Assembly (NCBI GenBank): GCA_964557295.1
Contig: CAZKZP010000004.1
Coordinates: 68,667 to 132,666 of the forward strand
Direction: 5' to 3'
Length of the DNA: 64,000 nt
DNA from: an uncultured Chromatiales bacterium
GTDB taxonomy: Bacteria > Pseudomonadota > Gammaproteobacteria > RBG-16-57-12
In this document: positions 9,742 to 17,587 of the stretch, one piece after another
How the letters are laid out: each line of letters starts with the position of its first letter
How positions within the stretch are numbered: the first letter of the stretch is position 1
The notes under the pieces: model-generated
What the model saw: the letters and a program-made list of their open reading frames with translations, nothing else
Told to the model about the DNA's origin: nothing
Databases searched by the model: none
Program-made: the position numbers and the translations under genes

Positions 9742-11427
9742 ATGACAAAACATAACACAGCAACCTGGCTTCTGGGCCTGACCATGCTCGGTTCAAGCGC
9801 CGCTCATGCGTATACCCCGCCCATCGGCATTCCAGCGCCCGCGTTCGGCATCGATGAAACCGCCCCGGCACAGCCTGCGGCCTGGCCCAGCGGCGAAAAG
9901 GCCGGGTTCTACTACGTCGACAAGTCCCATCCTTCGGCGACAGACACCGGCAACACATACGGCTATCCCAACAAGCCCCGGTTGACAATTCCGAACACCA
10001 CCTTTGGGCCTGGGACTTACGTTGAGCTGCACGGGGGGACGTATTCCTCAAACATGAGCCTGAACTTCAACTGCACTCAGGCAGCCCCCTGCTGGGTCAG
10101 AGGCGCCAGCGCCACAACCATGCCGACAATCACCGCATCGATGAGCATTAATTCCAAATATTTGATTGTGGAGAACCTCGATTTCAACGGCGGGGTTGGT
10201 GGTGCGTTGAACGTGACGGGTACGTCACAATATGTATCCATCAGGCACTCCAAGATCCGCAACAGGGCGCATCCCACTGGTGCTACCGCCGCCATCGGCC
10301 TCATTCCCGCCCCTGGCCAAAAAGTGTCAGATGTCGTGATCCATAAGGTTGAGTTCAGCGATCTCGGCGACTGGTTACGCCTGGACGATCTGGATTTTCA
10401 CGGTGTCAATCCGAGCCTCTGGGGACGTGACAGCACCGCCGAGCTTTCCAATGTGTGGATTCTTGATAGCCAATGCTTCCATGTGAGCGGCAACTGCGTG
10501 CAGGTCAATGCCGGCAACTGGGCCGATAGCTGGAAATATCTCCACCACGTCTATATTGGTCGGAACGTCTCCCATGCCGGCCGACAGGCAGGTTTCTGGT
10601 CCAAGCAGGCACGGGATGTCATCATCTCGCAGAATACCGTCTATGATAACCGAGCGCACGGCCCCCAACCCGGAGACGGCATCGGCTTCCAATATGGTCC
10701 GGACAACCTATGGATCATCTTCAATGAGATTTACAACTGCAATTACGGAATCCGGCAGTCGGATACTGGCACCAGCGCCAGCACTCACAAGGCCTATATT
10801 CTCGGAAATCTGATCTACAACATTCATCCAGAAGATGTCGCCGCCTACAAGCCGAATGACGGATGGCGGCAAGGACTCGGGATCACCTTGTGGCATGGCA
10901 ATATGCAGCGTCACATCGTCGACAACACCATCTATGATGTACATGGTGGCATTAACACGATCTATGACGGCCCAGTGTCCATGTCAGGGAACATCATTAC
11001 AAACATTCACGATGCAGATTATCACATCAGCAGCTCGCACTCCGCGCGCAGCGGAAACGCATCAATCGACAGTGGGCTGTTCTATGACCCGGAACTGGCC
11101 TCAGCCCGTATCAACTGGAACTGGGCAGATTACACCAGCCTGTCAGCCTTCAAAAGTGGTACGGGGAATATACAATGCAGCGGCTGCGAAGTCGGCAATC
11201 CTGCATTCGTCGACCCGACAACCGGAAAGTTTGACCTGCAAAAAACCTCCTCGGCCATTAACAAAGGGAAGCTGCATTCAGCGTATGACACTTTCTTTAC
11301 GCTCTATGGCATAGACATCAAAAAGGACTTCGCAGGCAGGACTCGCGTACTGGGATTGAAGCCGGACTTCGGAGCCTTTGAGGTGGGTGTAGCCCCTACT
11401 GCGCCGAGCAACTTTACAGTCAAATAG
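9742..11427 (+). CDS. secreted right-handed parallel beta-helix protein, paralog 2 (tandem duplicate of 7925..9622)
   Basis: 561 aa, colinear with paralog 1. The first roughly 170 nt are about 90% identical at DNA level and diverge thereafter. It has the same signal peptide, the same PbH1 repeats and the same C-terminal APTAPSNFTVK. Confidence 0.8.
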   Translation: MTKHNTATWLLGLTMLGSSAAHAYTPPIGIPAPAFGIDETAPAQPAAWPSGEKAGFYYVDKSHPSATDTGNTYGYPNKPRLTIPNTTFGPGTYVELHGGTYSSNMSLNFNCTQAAPCWVRGASATTMPTITASMSINSKYLIVENLDFNGGVGGALNVTGTSQYVSIRHSKIRNRAHPTGATAAIGLIPAPGQKVSDVVIHKVEFSDLGDWLRLDDLDFHGVNPSLWGRDSTAELSNVWILDSQCFHVSGNCVQVNAGNWADSWKYLHHVYIGRNVSHAGRQAGFWSKQARDVIISQNTVYDNRAHGPQPGDGIGFQYGPDNLWIIFNEIYNCNYGIRQSDTGTSASTHKAYILGNLIYNIHPEDVAAYKPNDGWRQGLGITLWHGNMQRHIVDNTIYDVHGGINTIYDGPVSMSGNIITNIHDADYHISSSHSARSGNASIDSGLFYDPELASARINWNWADYTSLSAFKSGTGNIQCSGCEVGNPAFVDPTTGKFDLQKTSSAINKGKLHSAYDTFFTLYGIDIKKDFAGRTRVLGLKPDFGAFEVGVAPTAPSNFTVK

Positions 11428-11572
11428 CCCACTCTATTGGACCATGCTCTAAGCCAGATTCATTATCATCTATATCTCCGTATGGGAATCCGGAGGATAA
11501 AGTGTTACCATTTTCCCGCGTGATGCGTGGAATCCCAGCTCGTCACGACCTTGCTCAGTGATCAGAATATAA

Positions 11573-11612
11573 GGCGCCGCATCTAGATGTGGCGCCCCCA
11601 CGAAGGCGGGGG
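11573..11612. repeat. two consecutive GC-rich hairpins (ggcgccgcatctagatgtggcgcc; cccccacgaaggcggggg)
   Basis: Perfect or near-perfect palindromes seen directly in the sequence, in the intergenic region after CDS 9742..11427. They may act as a terminator or RNA-stability element, but there is no T-run. Confidence 0.4.
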
Positions 11613-11650
11613 TCCAGATTTTTCAAACCGCCTGGATCCTGTCTTCGAGG
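11611..11650. repeat. interspersed repeat family 3 copy (ggtccagatttttcaaaccgcctggatcc)
   Basis: It matches the core of the 6935-6985 copy. Together they bracket the 7373-11427 three-gene segment. Confidence 0.45.
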
Positions 11651-11780
11651 GAATTGAGAGGTTCTGGTATGCAACCTGATAGTCTATCTGACCACTGTGC
11701 AAATCTGATTAAAATTTACCAGGTACCTCATGTGAGCATCCAGTGGTGATGGCTATTTTAGGAATTTATGAGAACTCCGC

Positions 11781-13463
11781 ATGGAAAACACCACCTTTAA
11801 AATACTTAGAAAGTCATCCCATTATCTCATATCGGCTGGATTTCTTCTTCTCTACCTAGCCCTGCCTTCGGCCAATCATAGCTACGCAGATGATAGCCTT
11901 CGGTGGGCTTATGGTATCACGCAAGAAGGCGGCATTATCAACTCTCACCATCTGATTATTAACGCCTTAAGAGAAGCATTTATTCTATTTAACAGTCTAT
12001 TTGATAGCGTATCACCATCAAGCTTCTTAACTATCTACTCAAGTCTCTGGGGTGGCACCGGATTGCTCCTTCTAAGCTTCTTACTAAAAGAAGTTGGATT
12101 GCATAACTCCCGTATAGTCGGCGTCACTCTCTGCGGAATATCTGTTGGTTACTGGTCATACTCTATCGTGGGAGATGTTTATGTGCCCGCAACAGCAAGC
12201 TTGGTGGGAGGCACACTATTCTTTCTGAAGGGATTGAAGCGCAACCCTAGTGCAACTAAACAAGCATACGCCCTTCTAAGCGTCTTGTTTTTTCTCACTG
12301 CAATTATGCATCATCAGGCTTTTTTTGTTTTTGTAATAGGACTTGGATTTATCGGGCTTTTATACAGCAACACACTTAGCAAACAAGGCCTGACTTATGG
12401 CCTCATAATATCAGTAGCGGTCGGGCTTGCGTGCATTGCAATTTATGTTTCTGCTCACAAATTCTCTACCCCTCCGCATGAGGAGTCTCCCTCCACGCTC
12501 CAATTCATGTCCGGCTACGCCTCGAGCTTTACAGCTTACCCAGACATGAAAGACTTATCGCCAGCAACACTTATCAAAGGCGCTGGCGGATTTGCTCGCT
12601 CGCTTGTAAGCACAAACATCTTATTCAGCAATCATTCCTTTGTGGAGAACATTCAAAACAAATTCCCCTATCGTCACATGCTAAGCCAAGTCTATTTAGC
12701 AGAGCAAATGACGTCTTTGCAAATTACAGTCGCCTGGATAGGCCTGTTTATAACCGTATTGATTGCAGCACCGCTCACCATATTCGCACTCTGGTGCTGC
12801 GCAAAAAACCCATCTGCTGCAAAAAAAGTGCTTATATTTTCCGTTGTACCTCAGATGTTATTTTTTTTGTGGTGGGAATCAATATCTGACGAATTTTGGA
12901 TTTGGATACTTCCCTTCTGGGCAATGACAATTTGTTTCGCCGTTGAACGGCTCAAGAAGAACGGCACCCTTATTGCTATTGTATTTTCGGCAGCACTTTT
13001 AGCGGCCAATCTTTGCGCCTCGATACTACCTTACAGCAACTCCAGCTCAGATATTGACCAACGCAACAGCGAATACATCAATACCGTTAAACCTGGCGAT
13101 CTGCTGATATCATTTGATGAAATAATTACAGCACACTTGATAAAACTCTCAGAAAGCAAAATTGGCTTCGAATATATCAATCTATTTGGACCGGCAGAAA
13201 AAGGGCGTGACTTAGAAATAGACAAAATAATCATGCGCGCGGAAGCAGCCATACGGCGCGGTAACTCAATCCATCTTGGCCCCTACTTGATAGATCCCCC
13301 ACGATCATATATGGCACTAGTAGAGCTGCAAACGAAAGACTTCTCCCAACAAAGAGATTTATTGATACAGAAACTTATGCTGCTGAGTCGGGACAGCTTA
13401 AAATTTCACCACCCAAATATAACAATAGATGGGGCATTCTCGAATAGATTGGCGCCCGAGTGA
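11781..13463 (+). CDS. polytopic integral membrane protein of unknown function (possible GT-C-type glycosyltransferase or polymerase accessory protein)
   Basis: 560 aa with about 12-13 hydrophobic segments and a roughly 140-aa hydrophilic C-terminal domain. It is AT-rich (low-GC island). Its stop overlaps the GTG start of the next gene (GTGA). Confidence 0.65.
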   Translation: MENTTFKILRKSSHYLISAGFLLLYLALPSANHSYADDSLRWAYGITQEGGIINSHHLIINALREAFILFNSLFDSVSPSSFLTIYSSLWGGTGLLLLSFLLKEVGLHNSRIVGVTLCGISVGYWSYSIVGDVYVPATASLVGGTLFFLKGLKRNPSATKQAYALLSVLFFLTAIMHHQAFFVFVIGLGFIGLLYSNTLSKQGLTYGLIISVAVGLACIAIYVSAHKFSTPPHEESPSTLQFMSGYASSFTAYPDMKDLSPATLIKGAGGFARSLVSTNILFSNHSFVENIQNKFPYRHMLSQVYLAEQMTSLQITVAWIGLFITVLIAAPLTIFALWCCAKNPSAAKKVLIFSVVPQMLFFLWWESISDEFWIWILPFWAMTICFAVERLKKNGTLIAIVFSAALLAANLCASILPYSNSSSDIDQRNSEYINTVKPGDLLISFDEIITAHLIKLSESKIGFEYINLFGPAEKGRDLEIDKIIMRAEAAIRRGNSIHLGPYLIDPPRSYMALVELQTKDFSQQRDLLIQKLMLLSRDSLKFHHPNITIDGAFSNRLAPE

Positions 13464-14950
13464 AAATCGCTGCTTTAACTTTTTTTATAACACTTTTCTC
13501 TCTTTATGCCTGGAAAGATTGGTATAAATCGCTTTGCGCACTAATCTTTCTTATGGCTTTTCTCGAGCGCCCGGACATTCCAAAGACCATTCTTGATATT
13601 CCGGGCTTTAATCCCTGGAATTTCCTTCTTGCAGTCGTCTTACTGGCATGGCTAGCATCGAAACGGCGAGAAGAGCTGAAATGGGATATGCCTCCCAAAA
13701 TCACATTTCTACTACTTTTTTATTTTTTTGCTATCACTGTTGCAGTTGCCCGCATGCTTAGCGACATTAGCGGCATTACCGAATTTCGATTGGCCGCAGG
13801 ACAGGAAGCTCCAACAAAGTCGGGCTTGATAATTGATTATTATGTCAATTGCATTAAATATACAATTCCAGGGTTATTGCTTTTTATCGGCTGCAACAGT
13901 CGCAGCCGACTAAACTGGGCGCTGGCCGCACTGGCGGGCATGTATTTATTTCTTGCACTCCAAGTCATCAAATGGATGCCCTTAGGGTTGCTCACCGATG
14001 GGGTGGAATTGAGCTATCGGGCATTACGTGTGCTAGACAGAGAAATAGGCTATCACCGTGTCGATTTGTCAATGATCCTTGGAGGGGGGGCTTGCGCCAT
14101 TTTTGCCGCCAGAATATTCGCAAAAAACCAAATTCAATACTTCATCATAATATCTGTTAGCGCTATTACAGCACTCAGCCAGGTGCTTACGGGCGGCCGA
14201 ATGGGTTATGTCACTACTGCGATTATTGGATTAATATTCGCTGCCTTTCGTTGGCGAAAGCTGTTTCTGTTACTACCAATTATGGTCGTCCTGATAACGA
14301 TCTATATGCCCTCGGTTGTAGACCGCTTTACACAAGGTTTCGGAGGCGAATTTGCCACTGAGGAAGCACCACCAACTGTCGTTGCTGAAACGCTCAACGA
14401 GGGCGATGCGGGGCTGTATGCCATGACATCAGGACGCAACTTTGCGTGGCCATTTGTACTAGATAAGATAGCAGAAGCGCCACTTTTCGGTTACGGTTGC
14501 TTAGCGATGCAGAACCTCGGCATTAGCACACACCTATTGCTCAATTATGGCGAGCTTTTTCCGCACCCCCACAACGCTTATCTAGAGCTGATATTTGATA
14601 CGGGATTGTTTGGAGCAATCCCCGTTTTTATCTTATTTGCGCTACTGACAAAATTCAGTTTTTCACTCTTCCGCGACTCAAGCAGCACTATATTCATCGC
14701 CGTAGGCGGTGGAGGACTCGCAATCATCTTGGCCCAACTTATCGCCAGCCTTGGCGCGCAATCTTTCTATCCGCGCGAAGGCACTGTTGCCCTTTGGTGT
14801 GCAATCGGACTGGTGCTGCGCGTTTACATTGAGAGAGCAAAAGCCATCACCATGCGACCCAGCAACTCCGCGCCCATCGATGATCTAATGTGGGGACGTA
14901 AGTTAGCTGAAAAAAATACGTCTATGCGGTTTAACAAACGGTCGCAATAG
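13460..14950 (+). CDS. O-antigen ligase/Wzy-like polysaccharide polymerase family membrane protein
   Basis: 496 aa and multi-TM. It carries a Wzy_C-type motif, YGCLAMQNLGISTHLLLNYGELFPHPHNAYLELIFDTGLFG. The GTG start is overlapped by the upstream stop. It lies in the low-GC region. Confidence 0.75.
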   Translation: MKIAALTFFITLFSLYAWKDWYKSLCALIFLMAFLERPDIPKTILDIPGFNPWNFLLAVVLLAWLASKRREELKWDMPPKITFLLLFYFFAITVAVARMLSDISGITEFRLAAGQEAPTKSGLIIDYYVNCIKYTIPGLLLFIGCNSRSRLNWALAALAGMYLFLALQVIKWMPLGLLTDGVELSYRALRVLDREIGYHRVDLSMILGGGACAIFAARIFAKNQIQYFIIISVSAITALSQVLTGGRMGYVTTAIIGLIFAAFRWRKLFLLLPIMVVLITIYMPSVVDRFTQGFGGEFATEEAPPTVVAETLNEGDAGLYAMTSGRNFAWPFVLDKIAEAPLFGYGCLAMQNLGISTHLLLNYGELFPHPHNAYLELIFDTGLFGAIPVFILFALLTKFSFSLFRDSSSTIFIAVGGGGLAIILAQLIASLGAQSFYPREGTVALWCAIGLVLRVYIERAKAITMRPSNSAPIDDLMWGRKLAEKNTSMRFNKRSQ

Positions 14951-15067
14951 AGAGAATATACGCGTCTCACAACATCAGTGCGGCTGGCCTTACATCACCC
15001 AATCAATTTTTTCCGAGTTTTCCAACCCCCACATGACTGATGAGTTGCGTTAATCTGAAATATCACT

Positions 15068-16207
15068 TTAGTTACTTACGCAGAGTTCGCCAAATGTTTT
15101 TTCGAATTTTGGCATGGCAACGTCTAACGAATGGTTCCTCTGAAAATATTCGATGCAATTATGCGACACTGACTCATGCTTTTTGGGCGAAGATAAAATG
15201 CCGGTTATCCATTCAATTACTTCATCTGGGGTTCGTGCAAAACCGCCCAAGCCATTTTTCTCGATCACAGAATCAGGGTCCACCGTTGACACCACGGGCA
15301 GTCCGACGCTCCATGCTTCCAAAAACACGTTTGGAAACCCTTCAAAGGTGGAGGTGCAACAAAGCACGGCCGCTCTCCGGTAGAATTTTGCTAAATTACC
15401 GTGGTCAATCCGTCCATGTATGACGACATTGTCCATCTCACGTGCGCGGCTGAGCAGTCCGCTTGAATATTTAGTGTCCATGTTCGCCGCGCCAACAATA
15501 TCAAATTTTACGTGCTTGAGCTTTTCTGCAACATCCAGCATCCATTCAAGCCTTTTCTCAGCGCTCAATCTTCCCACCCACAGCACATGGTGCTGCTCTG
15601 CCATTTCATTATTCGTCAGCGTTGCACCTCCAATTCCCGCCGACGGCATGCTGATAACTGTCGAATGTTTGCCGAAATTTCTATTCAACAACTGCTGTTG
15701 CTTGTTAGTTTGCACAATCACCACATCGGTTCTTTTGAGGCCATAGCGATATAGCACCCGCTCGCGCAGCGGACGAAGGCTTGGCAGGGACGATTCGCAA
15801 TCTGGATCACTGGCAACAGAGTACACAACTTTTTTTCCATGTCGATGCGCCCAATTGACAACCTGCCCCAAACCCATGTCTCCGCAGTTATAATAATAGA
15901 TGTCAGCATCGGCCTTTTTCATGGCTTTTATCAAACTTGTCCAGCGCGGATATATAAATCGAACCACTGGAATGCCGTCATCGCGATCACACATTTTGTA
16001 CACGCGAACGCCATCCACCAGCTCACCATCTGGCTGCCCTTCATCCCATGTGATCATGCTTACCTTGTACCCGTGACTGGCGAGCCACTTAGCCATGAGG
16101 GACTGCTGTCGCTCAATCCCGCCCGCATGCCTTTTGTTATTTCCAACCAATGCGCCATACGCATGGTGCGCAACAAAGCATATTGATGGCTTGCTCAATC
16201 CACACAC
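15068..16207 (-). CDS. glycosyltransferase family 4 (GT-B, retaining)
   Basis: 379 aa with the GT4 signature EGFPNVFLEAWSVGLPVVST. Confidence 0.85.
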   Translation of the reverse strand: MCGLSKPSICFVAHHAYGALVGNNKRHAGGIERQQSLMAKWLASHGYKVSMITWDEGQPDGELVDGVRVYKMCDRDDGIPVVRFIYPRWTSLIKAMKKADADIYYYNCGDMGLGQVVNWAHRHGKKVVYSVASDPDCESSLPSLRPLRERVLYRYGLKRTDVVIVQTNKQQQLLNRNFGKHSTVISMPSAGIGGATLTNNEMAEQHHVLWVGRLSAEKRLEWMLDVAEKLKHVKFDIVGAANMDTKYSSGLLSRAREMDNVVIHGRIDHGNLAKFYRRAAVLCCTSTFEGFPNVFLEAWSVGLPVVSTVDPDSVIEKNGLGGFARTPDEVIEWITGILSSPKKHESVSHNCIEYFQRNHSLDVAMPKFEKTFGELCVSN

Positions 16208-16295
16208 TCCGATAACTTAATCAATCTCTAAACCATCCCGCACCCACGGAACAATGGCAGCGAATAAGCGCGATTGCTTCAGATCATGCCAGTAG

Positions 16296-17453
16296 TTATT
16301 GCGCTTTTGAATCCATGATCGCTCGATACATGGCGATAGTTCTCTGCGCCACTGACTCGGGATGATACTTGGCAGCCGCATCCTGCCGCCCATTTTCCGC
16401 GATCTTATTCCGCATGCCCGCATCGGTCAGCAGCTCGATCAATCTTTGCGCCAATCGGTCATGGTCGTCAGGGCCGACAAGAAAGCCTGTTCTCCCTTCC
16501 TCGATCATGTAGGGCATACCGCACACATTGGACGAAATGACCGGCACGCCAGCCGCCATGGCCTCTGCGATTGCCATCGGCGCATTCTCTTGATACGAGG
16601 GCAACACAAACACACTGGCTTCACTCAACTCCTTGCGCATCTGCTGTTGACTCAGCCTGCCCAGCAGGTGCACTCGGGTCTCAAGGCCATTCTGAACGAT
16701 GATATTTTTTATCTCACGATAATATTCAACCTCTCCGCCTGGCTCGCCTGCTATGTGCAGCTGCGCATCGACTCCAGCCGCAATCACTTTTATAAAAGCC
16801 TTGATTAGCCCAAGCGCATTTTTTCGTGGATTCAACCACCCGGCAAAGAACACTCTTCCCGCCTGCTCATTGCGCTCGATGGCGAAAAAGTCGCGCGAAA
16901 TTGCATTTTCTATTTCATAGACTTTTGCAGATGTCAGCGGCTCAATCTCTTTTCTTACGTAGGGATTAATGGATACGATGTGATGTTGTCGGGACAATCC
17001 AAATGACTCCGCCCGCCGCCATAACAACGAGCGTAGCCGCCAGAACGGCTTTCGCTCGGCGCCCAGATTGAGGCTGTCGAATCCGTGCACTGTGAATACC
17101 GACGGCACCCTTAGCTTATGCACGCCCAATCCATAGGTTTCCTGAAAATGCACAATATCGGGATTCAATGAGGACACATACTGCTTAAGCAGCCGCTCCC
17201 CTGGCCCGAAGAAAATGTCAAACATCATCGGCCAACGAGTTTTCGGTAATCTGTGGACAGTAATATTCTCGACTTTCTCTACTGAGATAGCATGACGACC
17301 CTTCTCAAAGGTCACCACATGCAACTCGTGTTCACCCGATGAAAGCAGCCCACGCAATAATCCAATGGTCGCGGTTTCGACACCACCACGTGGATTATCC
17401 ATGCTGGCAGGCATGCGGCTAAAAATCACTACTCTCATCGTTTTCCTTAGCAA
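16296..17453 (-). CDS. glycosyltransferase family 4
   Basis: 385 aa (an alternative start lies 5 codons in). It carries the GT4 signature ENAPMAIAEAMAAGVPVISSNVCG. Confidence 0.85.
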   Translation of the reverse strand: MLRKTMRVVIFSRMPASMDNPRGGVETATIGLLRGLLSSGEHELHVVTFEKGRHAISVEKVENITVHRLPKTRWPMMFDIFFGPGERLLKQYVSSLNPDIVHFQETYGLGVHKLRVPSVFTVHGFDSLNLGAERKPFWRLRSLLWRRAESFGLSRQHHIVSINPYVRKEIEPLTSAKVYEIENAISRDFFAIERNEQAGRVFFAGWLNPRKNALGLIKAFIKVIAAGVDAQLHIAGEPGGEVEYYREIKNIIVQNGLETRVHLLGRLSQQQMRKELSEASVFVLPSYQENAPMAIAEAMAAGVPVISSNVCGMPYMIEEGRTGFLVGPDDHDRLAQRLIELLTDAGMRNKIAENGRQDAAAKYHPESVAQRTIAMYRAIMDSKAQ

Positions 17454-17587
17454 AGTTCCTGTTCGGATTTCAGCGCCTCAGGGGGCTCTGTTGAACTTCT
17501 AGCGTCACTCCGGCGCATGTTGGGCTCTTGGGCGCCTGCGGTGGCAACCCCTGTTTTTCTCACGCCCCAAGAATTGGCCGGCTCACG

